A stretch of 32,263 nucleotides of DNA from an uncultured Staphylococcaceae bacterium (lineage in GTDB: Bacteria > Bacillota_I > Bacilli_A > RFN20 > CAG-826): positions 16,533 through 48,795 of the forward strand of contig CAYSPV010000006.1 of assembly GCA_964433025.1 (NCBI GenBank). The letters run 5' to 3'. Made by a program: the position numbers and the translations under genes. Shown piece by piece: positions 9,423-19,494 of the stretch. Below the pieces are notes generated by a model. The model worked only from the letters and a program-made list of their open reading frames with translations, searched no databases and was not told the DNA's origin. The stretch's first letter is position 1. Every line of letters begins with the position of its first letter.

Positions 9423-10367
9423 TTATTGATTAAGAAAATCCACTATTTGAAGCATAATTGTCTCATCTAACTCACATAATATATGAAAATCTGTGTTTGC
9501 TGCTTCTTTATTTTTTAATTCATCTGAATTAAGTGATTCCAATTTATGCATATAGTTAGTAAGATTAATTACTGCTTGTTTACTATATTGAGGGTTATGA
9601 TTTTTATTATCAACAATACAATATGTTACATTTTTATTTGTAACGTATTTCATAAGTTTTAAGGCATTGTTTTTATAAGATACGATTGAATCGTCTTTTG
9701 AATGAATAATAAGAGCCTTAACATCATCTCTGTTATTTAAATTATCAATAGCGTTATTATCATAGTAGTTAGGATATAAAGATCTTTCATATCTTAATAT
9801 AGAATTAACAAATAATTTACCATACCATGGAGTATTTTCTTTATAAGCATTATCAATAGATATTAATCCTGATATCATTACTAGCTTTTTAATATCATTA
9901 TGATACTTAAGAGCACTTTGAGCAGAAAACCCTCCCCAAGAATGACCAATAATGTATTTTGTTAAGTTTTTATATTCATCTTTTGTATTAATAAAATTAA
10001 TACAATCATCTACATCACTAGCGTTTTGTAAAAAACAATTAATCTTATCACCATCAGATAATACACAGCCTTGATAATCAAATGATAGAACTTGATATTT
10101 GTGTTTACAAAGGAACGCTATTTCGTTCATATAAGCTTGATGGCCGCCACCCATACCATGACAAAATATAACGAGTTTATCTTTTATATAATCTTTTTCA
10201 TGATAAATATATCCTCTTAATTTAAAACCATTTTTATTAATAAAACTAAAAGGATCAGCATATAAATTTTTATAATCTTTATAAGTAAAATACTTAATCC
10301 CAGGTCTTATATCACATCTATGGCCATAATAGGCACTATGAGCGGCTTTTATAAACTTATTTGACAT
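9423..10367 (-). CDS. Alpha/beta hydrolase
   Basis: HGMGGG, FDYQGC.LSDG, GHSWGG nucleophile elbow, HSKDDSIV, NH near the C-terminus. Confidence 0.9.
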   Translation of the reverse strand: MSNKFIKAAHSAYYGHRCDIRPGIKYFTYKDYKNLYADPFSFINKNGFKLRGYIYHEKDYIKDKLVIFCHGMGGGHQAYMNEIAFLCKHKYQVLSFDYQGCVLSDGDKINCFLQNASDVDDCINFINTKDEYKNLTKYIIGHSWGGFSAQSALKYHNDIKKLVMISGLISIDNAYKENTPWYGKLFVNSILRYERSLYPNYYDNNAIDNLNNRDDVKALIIHSKDDSIVSYKNNALKLMKYVTNKNVTYCIVDNKNHNPQYSKQAVINLTNYMHKLESLNSDELKNKEAANTDFHILCELDETIMLQIVDFLNQ

Positions 10368-10390
10368 ATTTTTACCTTTCTATTTTAGGC

Positions 10391-10427
10391 AAATTTAAAG
10401 CGGAATTGGTTAAATCCCGCTTAATTT
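10391..10427 (-). terminator. Possible terminator hairpin after fba
   Basis: AAGCGG...CCGCTT imperfect inverted repeat; weak U tail. Confidence 0.45.
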
Positions 10428-10446
10428 GTTTAATTTTATCTAAATA

Positions 10447-11388
10447 TTATAATTTATCAGCACTTCCTAAAACATCTCTAATTTTATGTTCTACGAGTGT
10501 TCTAACATAATCTCTTCCATCACCAACATATTGTCTTGGATCGAAATGATCTGGATGAGCTATAAAGTGTTGTCTTATACCTGCAGTCATAGCAAGTCTT
10601 AAATCAGAGTCGATATTGATTTTACATACTGCCATTGAAGCAGCTTGTCTTAACATTTCTTCTGGAACACCAATTGCATCATTTAATGCACCACCATTTT
10701 CATTGATTATTTTGACATATTCTTGATTTACAGAGCTTGCACCATGTAAAACAATTGGAAATCCTGGTAAACGTTTGCTAACTTCTTCTAAGATATCAAA
10801 TCTTAATTGTGGTTTTGTTCCAGGTTTAAATTTATAAGCACCATGGCTAGTTCCTATTGCAATAGCAAGAGAATCTACCCCAGTTCTTTTAACAAATTCT
10901 TCTACTTGATTTGGATCAGTATACATAGCTTTATCTGCTTCTACTGATACTTCATCTTCTACACCAGATAAAGTACCTAATTCAGCTTCTACTGTTACAT
11001 ATGGTACATGAGCATGAGCATATTCCACAACTTTTCTAGTTAATTCAATATTTTCTTCAAATGATTTACTAGAAGCATCGATCATAACAGATGTAAAACC
11101 ACCATCGATACAATCTTTACAAGTTTCAAAATCTGCACCATGGTCTAAATGTAAAACGATTGGAAGACCAGTATCTTCTACTGCGGCTTCTACTAGTTTT
11201 CTTAAATAGACTGGTTTAGCATATTTTCTAGCGCCAGCGCTGACTTGTAATATAACAGGAGAATTGCATTTTTTAGCAGCTTCAGTAATAGCTTGTACAA
11301 TTTCCATATTGTTGCAATTGAAAGCGCCAATTGCATAACCGCCTTCATAGGCTTTTTTAAACATTTCTTTAGTATTTACTAATGGCAT
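10447..11388 (-). CDS. fba: Class II fructose-1,6-bisphosphate aldolase
   Basis: YAIGAFN, LHLDHG, FTSVMID, VEAELG, GTSHGAYK, LHGASS, KINIDSD, FDPR. Confidence 0.97.
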   Translation of the reverse strand: MPLVNTKEMFKKAYEGGYAIGAFNCNNMEIVQAITEAAKKCNSPVILQVSAGARKYAKPVYLRKLVEAAVEDTGLPIVLHLDHGADFETCKDCIDGGFTSVMIDASSKSFEENIELTRKVVEYAHAHVPYVTVEAELGTLSGVEDEVSVEADKAMYTDPNQVEEFVKRTGVDSLAIAIGTSHGAYKFKPGTKPQLRFDILEEVSKRLPGFPIVLHGASSVNQEYVKIINENGGALNDAIGVPEEMLRQAASMAVCKINIDSDLRLAMTAGIRQHFIAHPDHFDPRQYVGDGRDYVRTLVEHKIRDVLGSADKL

Positions 11389-11504
11389 TCTTATTACCTC
11401 TTTCTTTACACAACTATTATTTTAGCAATTATTTTGCTTTCTTAAAGTAAAATGATAAAAAATTATAACTTTGTTATAAATTAAGAATTATTTATAATTT
11501 ATTT

Positions 11505-12851
11505 ATGCTAAAAATTAAAAGTATTGTTCATGGAACTTGTATAGATTTATCTAGTGAAGGTAAAGGTGTAGTTAAAATAGATGAAGATACTATTTTTTGT
11601 GATGGTTTATTTATAGATGAAGAAGCTGATATACGTATCGAATATAAACGTAGTCAGGTCTATTATGGTAAGGTTGTAAAGCTATATTCATTATCAAAAT
11701 ATCGTATTCAACCCCTATGTAAAGTATGTACTTCTTGTGGTGGTTGTCAGTTTCAACAATTAAGCTACGAAGGGCAATTATTTTTTAAAAAGAACCGAGT
11801 TTTGCAAGCTTTTAAGCGAATTGGACATCAAAAAAGCCTGCAAATTAACGATATTATAGGTATGGATGAACCATATTATTATAGAAACAAAATTCAAGTG
11901 CCAGTAGGCTATGATAAACACCATAATATTGTCTATGGAATGTATAAATCAAAGAGTCATGAACTAATACCTATCGATACATGCAATATACAAGATGTTA
12001 GATGTAAGGAAATATTAGATAATGTTATCTTTCTTATCAATAAATATGACATTAAACCCTATAACGAAATAGATAATACAGGTATTATTCGTCATATTAT
12101 GATTAGAACGTCTAAATATTATGATGAAATCATGCTTGTTTTGGTGGTAACCACTAAAAATTACAAAAATAAGGATAAATTTATAGAAAATATCATAAAA
12201 AATTGTCAAAAAGTAACCACTATTGTGGAAAATATCAATAATAAGGTCACTAATGTCATATTAGGAGATAAAGAAAACATATTATATGGTAAAGGATATA
12301 TAAAAGATAATATTTTAGGTCTAGATTTTAAGATTTCTGCTGAAAGTTTCTTTCAAATTAACTCAAAACAGGTAGGGAAATTGTATAAATCCGCCATAGA
12401 TCTATTAAATTTGACTGAAAATGATGTGTTGTTAGATGCATATTCGGGTGTTGGAACCATTGGTTTATTAGCATCTAAGTACTGCAAGAAGGTATATTCG
12501 GTTGAAATTAACAAAAAAGCCACTATTGATGGCCAAGAAAATGCCAAAATTAACAATATTTATAATGTTGAATTTATAAACGATGATGCTGGTCGATTTA
12601 TTAAAAATTTAAAAGAAGATATTAATGCCTTAATTATGGATCCACCAAGGAAAGGATCATCAAAGGAATTTTTAGACGAAATTTTAAATAAACAAATTTC
12701 TAAAATAGCTTATATATCATGTAATCCAGAAACACTTGCTAGAGATGTTTTATATTTATGTAAAGAATACGATATTGTATCTGTAACACCTTTTGATATG
12801 TTCCCTATGACATCTCATGTTGAGAGCGTTTGTATATTGATTAAAAAGTAA
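11505..12851 (+). CDS. rlmD: 23S rRNA (uracil-5)-methyltransferase RlmD/RumA family
   Basis: TRAM-like N-terminus, C..CGGCQ.Q Fe-S motif, YRNK, SFFQIN, DAYSGVGTIG, DPPRKG, YISCNPETLARD, DMFP.T.HVE. Confidence 0.95.
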   Translation: MLKIKSIVHGTCIDLSSEGKGVVKIDEDTIFCDGLFIDEEADIRIEYKRSQVYYGKVVKLYSLSKYRIQPLCKVCTSCGGCQFQQLSYEGQLFFKKNRVLQAFKRIGHQKSLQINDIIGMDEPYYYRNKIQVPVGYDKHHNIVYGMYKSKSHELIPIDTCNIQDVRCKEILDNVIFLINKYDIKPYNEIDNTGIIRHIMIRTSKYYDEIMLVLVVTTKNYKNKDKFIENIIKNCQKVTTIVENINNKVTNVILGDKENILYGKGYIKDNILGLDFKISAESFFQINSKQVGKLYKSAIDLLNLTENDVLLDAYSGVGTIGLLASKYCKKVYSVEINKKATIDGQENAKINNIYNVEFINDDAGRFIKNLKEDINALIMDPPRKGSSKEFLDEILNKQISKIAYISCNPETLARDVLYLCKEYDIVSVTPFDMFPMTSHVESVCILIKK

Positions 12852-12993
12852 AAAATCCGCTATTTTTATAAAACCTCTTAATAATATTTTTTTATTTTGT
12901 GTCCGATTTTGGAAAAATAATCTTTTAATTTTATAATCAAATAAAATAAAAAAATGCTTTTTATTTAACTAAAAATATAATAAAATTAGGTAT

Positions 12994-13971
12994 ATGAAAA
13001 AAGAAAACAAAGAAAATATACTTACTAATTACATTATCGAAAATTCACCTCAAAATTGGATTTTTAAGCTAAATGAGGTGTCTTGCAACAAAATTTATTG
13101 TGATGTTTTGATGAATAATTATTTGTATATTTTTGAATCTAACAACGATCAAAATTATATTGATGCAGATATTTTTAAGGGCAATATTTTTTATAGTTCG
13201 AAGTCAAATGACAATCTCTTAAATGAACAAAAAATTATAAATTCTAATTTTAAAAGCATTCTTAAAAAAATATCTAATTATGAAAATTTTAAATTAAGCA
13301 TAGATAATATTAACGATATTTATATAGAACTTTTTCAAAACACTAATAATTTAAAACTCTATAGTGATCAAAAATTTATAGATTCATTAATTCTAACTAA
13401 TGAATATGAATTATCAATAAATGATAGTAGTGCTACATTATCTGATATTATTGATGAATATAATTCATCAATTGTTAATGATCCTAGTAATTATTTAATA
13501 TATATTTCTATATTTGTTTATAATTTTCTTAAACTATCTCCATATAAGAAAAACAACCTAATAATTGTGTTTTTATTAGTTAGAGCCTTACTAATTTCTA
13601 ATGGGCATAAAATATTTAAATATGTAAATTTAGAAGATTATGTCAACCAATACAGACAAGATTTGTTTATTTCATTTATGTCAAATGATAGTGGAACCTT
13701 CATAGATTCGTGTCTAAATGTTATTGATGAAATATATAAGGATATGGCTTATAAGTATCATATAGTTAATGGTGTTAAACAAAATAAATCATCTAGAATT
13801 AGATTAACCTTATTGAAATCAGATGAACCAATTAATAAAGAAGAAATTCATCATATTTGGCCCGATATATCATATAACACTATTGAGTTAGAACTTTCTA
13901 AATTACTAAAAGAAGGAATTATTAAAAAAATCGGTGTTACAAATGGTGTTAAATACACCTGTAAAATATAA
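12994..13971 (+). CDS. Fic-family protein with degenerate active site and C-terminal winged HTH
   Basis: FVYNFLKLSPYKKNN...LL..G sits where F..IHPF.DGNGR..R is expected. KYVNLE follows, then the PDIS..TIE..L..LLKEG.IKKIG wHTH typical of Firmicutes Fic proteins. Confidence 0.65.
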   Translation: MKKENKENILTNYIIENSPQNWIFKLNEVSCNKIYCDVLMNNYLYIFESNNDQNYIDADIFKGNIFYSSKSNDNLLNEQKIINSNFKSILKKISNYENFKLSIDNINDIYIELFQNTNNLKLYSDQKFIDSLILTNEYELSINDSSATLSDIIDEYNSSIVNDPSNYLIYISIFVYNFLKLSPYKKNNLIIVFLLVRALLISNGHKIFKYVNLEDYVNQYRQDLFISFMSNDSGTFIDSCLNVIDEIYKDMAYKYHIVNGVKQNKSSRIRLTLLKSDEPINKEEIHHIWPDISYNTIELELSKLLKEGIIKKIGVTNGVKYTCKI

Positions 13972-14007
13972 AAAAATTTGTTAGTTAAAAATCGTGTAAT
14001 TTGATAT

Positions 14008-14049
14008 AAAAAAAGACTTTATTTTAACCCCATTAAAATAGGCTTTTTT
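14008..14049. terminator. Inverted repeat flanked by A and T runs after the Fic gene
   Basis: AAAAAAGAC...TATTTTAA-cccca-TTAAAATA-GGCTTTTTT. Confidence 0.5.
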
Positions 14050-14298
14050 ATATGCGTTAAAGTGCCATAAATTCAATCAAAATTTATCCACCTTTAATAA
14101 ATAATCATAATAGTGGTTTTATCTATAATTTCAATCTAAAAACGCTAAAAACATCTTAAATTTTATTTGGCAATATTTTTTGAAATTTTCGCAAATCTGC
14201 GTTATTTTATTTGATTTTTGCTGAAAAAACGGGGGTTTTGCAGAGTTATTAAATTTCATATAAAATACTACAAATAATCATGATATAATCATAGTAGT

Positions 14299-17200
14299 AT
14301 GAGCCTAGATGTATTACTAAAAATATATGAAGCTGTTAAAGATAAAAAGTGGCTTTATATTGATTATGTTAATACCCAAAAAAAGTCAACTAGTTATTAT
14401 ATTGGAATTAACGATATTGATTTTAAAAATGACAGAGTTTTTTGTGAGATTTTTAATCCCACAATTGATTATGACACTATGGAAGATGCTCATCCTATTA
14501 TTTTAAGTAATATTGTTAATGCTCGAGTAGTGGATAACACCTATTATGAAAGCAGTAAAACATTAATAAATAAACTTGATGAAAGAAAAGAAACTTCTCA
14601 AGAATTTAACGATGCTTGCCTAGCCTTAGATAACAACATCATTTCATATCTATCTGAATGCTATAAATATGATAATGATCCATATCTTAGAGAAGAAGTA
14701 ATGATAGATGGTATAGATTTAGAAAGTCTTAGCAAAGAATATACTTATCAATTAAATGATGAACAATTTATAAGTCTAGTAAATGATGTTTTTAAAAAAG
14801 ATGAAAAAGATGCTGAATACATTTCTCATTTTAAAACTCTTTGTTTAAATGTTTTATCTATTGATTGTAATGATAAAGAATTTGTGGTCGCCTATAGACC
14901 TTTATCATTAAACTTTGCTAATAAAACATTATCAATGACGACAAAAAGTCTAATTAATAAATCTTTTTTAATTGATACTGAAAATGAATCATTAAGAAAA
15001 AATATAACTTCTTATTTAGATGTAGACTTAAATGATTTTTGTTCAAACTTTGATTCTAAAAAAGAAGATTTTATTAATGAATTAAGAATAAATTTATATG
15101 ACAATGAAAAGATAAATACTAGACCTCTAATATTCATATTAGAGAGAAACTATGATCGCGAAGTATATGAAACATTAAACACTATTAGTCAATTAAACCA
15201 AGAAAATAAATTAACCCCACCTTTAAAAGCTTTCTTTAATTGTAATTTATCTAGAGGTGGAGAAGCTAAAACAAATAAAAACTCTATTGTGGTATCTAAT
15301 AAAAATAAAATCAATATTGAACAAATAAGAGCAATATATAATGGTCTATCAAGACATATTACATATGTAAAAGGTCCTCCAGGAACTGGTAAAACTGAAA
15401 CAATTTATAATCTTGTTTTAAGTGCAGTCTTTAATAAAAAGAGTGTTTTGCTTGCCTCTAACAATAACCACCCAATGAATGATTTATATGAAAAATTTAA
15501 AGAAAATTTTTGTGGTGTTAATCCTCAATTTAGTGATGAATTTATTACCTTTCCAATTATTAGACTAGGTAATAGACAAACAGTTATAAAAACAATACTC
15601 TATCTAAGAAATTTAATAAATTATCTAATAAAAAATAAAGATAAATTTAAACAAATAAAACCTAAATTAGACATACCCACTGATAATAGATTAAAAGATC
15701 TATTAACTAGATATGAACAAATCACTGATATAGAAGAAGAAAAGATTAAACTAACATCAATTCAATTAAATAACCCAATTAAAGATTTAGATGATGGTAT
15801 TAAAAGACAAATCAATTTAAAAGAAGTAGTGCTATTCCGTTTAAAAGATGGATTTAATGAAAAAGATATCTTAAATGCAGTGGAAGAACTTAATGAAAAC
15901 AACGAACTTAAAGAATATTTTGATAATTTATTTATACAAAAAGCATTACTTTTATTAGATGAAAAATATAAGAAACTTAGAGAAATAATTTTATATGAAA
16001 AAGACTTAAATGAAAGTGGTAAAGAATTTGATAAATATTTAAAAAATGACGCAAATCTTCATGATTTTCTTAAAATTTTTCCAATTATTATTTCTACAAA
16101 TCTAAGTTCTGGAAAACTTGGAAGCATTAAGCCAATCTTTGATCTAGTGGTCATAGATGAAGCTGCGCAATGTAATATGGTTACTTCCTTAATGCCTATG
16201 ATTAGAGGTAAAAGCATCTTACTTGTTGGAGACACAAATCAACTAAAACCAGTCACAATATTAGATGAAGGTATAAATGAATATTTAATGGATAAATATC
16301 ATATCGATAAATCTATAAATGGATATGATTATAATCGTAATTCGATATTATCTGTCATGCTTAATAAAGATAAAAATTCGAAGGTAATATTTTTAAAAGA
16401 ACATTATAGATGCGCTAAAAAGATAATTAGATTTCCTAACTCTAGATATTATAAAAATCAATTACAAAGTCTTAATAAAAATGAAGGCACATTAACTTAT
16501 GTTAATGTAAAAAACCAAAATAGAGAAAATAGAAACGCTTATATTGAAGAAGCACTTGCGATTGTTAGATTAATTATTAACAAAAGAGATCAATTAGGAA
16601 GCAATATATCAATAATCACACCTTTTAATAATCAAGCTAAATTGATTAATAATTATTTAAAAGAAAACAATATTTTTGATATAACTGCAGGAACTATACA
16701 CACTGTGCAAGGTAGTGAATGTGACACGATTATATTATCAAGCGCTATTTCATTAAAGACTGCTAAAAAGACAATGAAATGGATTAATGATAATCATGAA
16801 ATAATAAATGTAGCCGCTACTAGAGCTAAAAAACATTTTGTTTTTGTAGCCGATAAAGAAGCTATAGATACGTTATCTAATGTACATTTTAAAGATGATA
16901 GAGGTAAAAACGAAATAAAAGCCCTATCAGATTATGTATATAGTAATGGTACAACAGTAGTGTACCCCTCAACCTACAGTTTGGACAACTTCTCTAACGA
17001 CTCTTTAAATGAAAAAGAATTTTTTAAAACTATTTCTCCATATTTTAATTATCGTAGACCTAAATTTAAAATTGAAAGAAATGTCGCGTTAAAATCTGTT
17101 ATTAAAACCACATCTTTTGATGATAAAAAACTAATTGGTAAAAAAGAATTAGATGTTGTTATATACGCTAAACATGGATTTTCAAATTATGTTCCAGTAG

Positions 17201-17418
17201 TAGCCTTTGAAATATCGGGTGGAGAACATATTGGAAAACATGAGCAAAGAATAAGGGATAAAGAAAAACAAACCATATGTTCTAGATATGGTTTGAAATT
17301 ATTGATAATTTCAAATGATAATGTTAAAGACTATGAAACTATCATTAAATTATTTGAATCATGTGTTAATAAAACAGATATGGACTCTATACAAGGCAGT
17401 TTGTTTGAAGATGAATAA
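14299..17418 (+). CDS. SF1 (DNA2/NAM7/Upf1-like) helicase with N-terminal WYL-like and C-terminal DUF2726/Vsr-like nuclease domains
   Basis: GPPGTGKT, VIDEAAQ, VGDTNQL.P, HYRC, TIHTVQGSE, NVAATRAK. C-terminus E..F...NVAL...DVVI...FEISG.EH...RD..K..IC. Confidence 0.85.
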   Translation: MSLDVLLKIYEAVKDKKWLYIDYVNTQKKSTSYYIGINDIDFKNDRVFCEIFNPTIDYDTMEDAHPIILSNIVNARVVDNTYYESSKTLINKLDERKETSQEFNDACLALDNNIISYLSECYKYDNDPYLREEVMIDGIDLESLSKEYTYQLNDEQFISLVNDVFKKDEKDAEYISHFKTLCLNVLSIDCNDKEFVVAYRPLSLNFANKTLSMTTKSLINKSFLIDTENESLRKNITSYLDVDLNDFCSNFDSKKEDFINELRINLYDNEKINTRPLIFILERNYDREVYETLNTISQLNQENKLTPPLKAFFNCNLSRGGEAKTNKNSIVVSNKNKINIEQIRAIYNGLSRHITYVKGPPGTGKTETIYNLVLSAVFNKKSVLLASNNNHPMNDLYEKFKENFCGVNPQFSDEFITFPIIRLGNRQTVIKTILYLRNLINYLIKNKDKFKQIKPKLDIPTDNRLKDLLTRYEQITDIEEEKIKLTSIQLNNPIKDLDDGIKRQINLKEVVLFRLKDGFNEKDILNAVEELNENNELKEYFDNLFIQKALLLLDEKYKKLREIILYEKDLNESGKEFDKYLKNDANLHDFLKIFPIIISTNLSSGKLGSIKPIFDLVVIDEAAQCNMVTSLMPMIRGKSILLVGDTNQLKPVTILDEGINEYLMDKYHIDKSINGYDYNRNSILSVMLNKDKNSKVIFLKEHYRCAKKIIRFPNSRYYKNQLQSLNKNEGTLTYVNVKNQNRENRNAYIEEALAIVRLIINKRDQLGSNISIITPFNNQAKLINNYLKENNIFDITAGTIHTVQGSECDTIILSSAISLKTAKKTMKWINDNHEIINVAATRAKKHFVFVADKEAIDTLSNVHFKDDRGKNEIKALSDYVYSNGTTVVYPSTYSLDNFSNDSLNEKEFFKTISPYFNYRRPKFKIERNVALKSVIKTTSFDDKKLIGKKELDVVIYAKHGFSNYVPVVAFEISGGEHIGKHEQRIRDKEKQTICSRYGLKLLIISNDNVKDYETIIKLFESCVNKTDMDSIQGSLFEDE

Positions 17419-17958
17419 TTAATAAGATAAAGCCTTTAATCCTTGTAAAGTTATTTTAGCCATAACTTCTACATCTTCTTTACAACGATCCGCTAAAAAC
17501 ATTCTAAGCATTATATCAAGAACACCAATTTTCATGATTTTTTGATATTTATTTTCTATATCATCAAATTGTTTAATATAAAAAATATCTTTAAAAGCAT
17601 CGCTTTCATTTAATTGTTCAATTATAAGAGGAATATTTTCTCTTAAAATATAACTAAAGGATAATTTCATATTTTTTATATTCTTTAAAAAATTAACTAA
17701 AACATCGAATGTTTTTTCTTCATCGTTTATATCAAGAAGATTAAATACATTTTCAGATAGTAATTGACTTATCAATTGACCAAGAGTTTTTAAAACTTCA
17801 TCAATAGTGGAGAAATTGCGATAAAATGTCGCACGAGCTACACCAGCTTTTCTAATAATGTCACTTATAGTGATTTTATTATATGGCTTTTTTGTCAGTA
17901 GGTTTACAAAGGCAATTAGAATACATTCTTTTGCACTGCCTTCTTTTATTTTAACCAT
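17419..17958 (-). CDS. TetR/AcrR family transcriptional regulator
   Basis: ITISDIIRKAGVARATFYRNF HTH. Start ATG at 17958 with GGAGG SD (the ORF-track start at 18036 is an in-frame extension). Confidence 0.92.
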   Translation of the reverse strand: MVKIKEGSAKECILIAFVNLLTKKPYNKITISDIIRKAGVARATFYRNFSTIDEVLKTLGQLISQLLSENVFNLLDINDEEKTFDVLVNFLKNIKNMKLSFSYILRENIPLIIEQLNESDAFKDIFYIKQFDDIENKYQKIMKIGVLDIMLRMFLADRCKEDVEVMAKITLQGLKALSY

Positions 17959-18107
17959 AAGGGCATTACCTCCAGTGAGACAAAGTATATCATTTTTTAT
18001 TAAAACTGTATATAAAATTACTAAAATTTTTGTCAATCATAAATAAAAAACCAATCATTTAATGGCTTTTTGCAAAGATTTTTAAATAATTGGTTTACTT
18101 TATTAAA

Positions 18108-19457
18108 TTAGGCTAATGTTCCCATTGGATCCCATGGATCATAGACGTTAGGTTCTTGTTTAAGGGCCTCTAATTCTTCTTTGTTAAGATATTTTTTAAG
18201 CACTACTGCTTGATAGACAAACCTATTAAAGAAATCATCAGACATAACATAATAGCCTTTTTTAGCCACTTCATCACCCCAAGAATTTTCTATTTTCCAT
18301 TTTGTAGGTTTATTATCTACGATATTTACACCTGTAATAACCATCGCATGATTCATGGCTGAATTAAAGTAATCAAGCATATCTGCTTTATCAAATTTAA
18401 TATCTAAATCAAAAGCAGATTCATAATCAAACGCTAGTGTATCCCAACTTCCTATTTTATCAGGTGTATCATAAAATGATACATCACTTCCAAACCATAC
18501 TGGTCTATTATCTTTTAATTGAGCGATTATTAACTCTTTTAATCTAGACATTTCTAAATTTAAATGAGTAATCTTTTTACCTTCTAAAACATTACCTAAA
18601 TATTTAATCGTATACACTGATAAATATGGTTTATCAGATGTAGGACTATTAGTGATCGATTGATATTCGTCAATCATATCACCAATATATTCATTAAAAA
18701 ATTCCACTGGTGTAAGACCTTTTCTTAGATGATATTTTTTATCTTTATCCACGTATTCTAAATCAAATGTTTCAGGCACTAAACCAAAACAATTAACAAG
18801 TAATTTATATAGTTTAGTTAAAATATTATCTTTTAAGATAATAATATCTTCATATTTACCTTCCTCATATAATCTTTTCGCATCACTTGCAAACTTTCTA
18901 ATCGCTGAATTAATAATATCATTTGATGGATAAGTCATATTTGATTGTTGAGTTTCTTGCATAGCAAGTTTAGGCACTACACCATATTTTTTCACTAGAT
19001 TAGCAAACATATCCCATTGACCTCCATCAGATACCGCAAATCTTAATATATGAGATAAAGTACGATCATCATGAGGTTTATCTAATAATTCAAGAATCGT
19101 GGCTAAAGTATAATTAATCTTTTCTAACTTATCATAAAAAGCTATATAGTTTTGTGATAATTCAAATTGTTCTACATTTAATTTTTCTGCAATAATTTCT
19201 CTTAAGATATTAAGACCTGCAAAAATCCAACATCTACCAGATCTTTTTTGATTACAAACTTCCATAGTTTTAATATCAATAGAAAATTTATTATCGATAT
19301 CTTTTTCTGATTCACTTACATACACTATATCGGTTAATTTAGATCTAGATAAAGCATGTCTTAAAACATTACTTCTTACATCATTTTGATATTCTTGTTT
19401 TAATTTTGATAATTTTTCTTTACTAATTGGATAGTCATTCATTTTAAATACTGACAT
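18108..19457 (-). CDS. pepC: Aminopeptidase C / bleomycin hydrolase (peptidase C1B)
   Basis: NQKRSGRCWIFA, DGGQW, VWFGSD, NHAMVITG, WKIENSWG, C-terminal PWDPMGTLA. Confidence 0.96.
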   Translation of the reverse strand: MSVFKMNDYPISKEKLSKLKQEYQNDVRSNVLRHALSRSKLTDIVYVSESEKDIDNKFSIDIKTMEVCNQKRSGRCWIFAGLNILREIIAEKLNVEQFELSQNYIAFYDKLEKINYTLATILELLDKPHDDRTLSHILRFAVSDGGQWDMFANLVKKYGVVPKLAMQETQQSNMTYPSNDIINSAIRKFASDAKRLYEEGKYEDIIILKDNILTKLYKLLVNCFGLVPETFDLEYVDKDKKYHLRKGLTPVEFFNEYIGDMIDEYQSITNSPTSDKPYLSVYTIKYLGNVLEGKKITHLNLEMSRLKELIIAQLKDNRPVWFGSDVSFYDTPDKIGSWDTLAFDYESAFDLDIKFDKADMLDYFNSAMNHAMVITGVNIVDNKPTKWKIENSWGDEVAKKGYYVMSDDFFNRFVYQAVVLKKYLNKEELEALKQEPNVYDPWDPMGTLA

Positions 19458-19494
19458 ATTTTTCCTCCTTTTTTAACGTTTTATTATATTCTTT

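Noticed and set aside
12830-17420. Integrative element inserted at the rlmD 3' end
   Set aside because: No recombinase and no duplicated rlmD 3' sequence seen; kept only as context.
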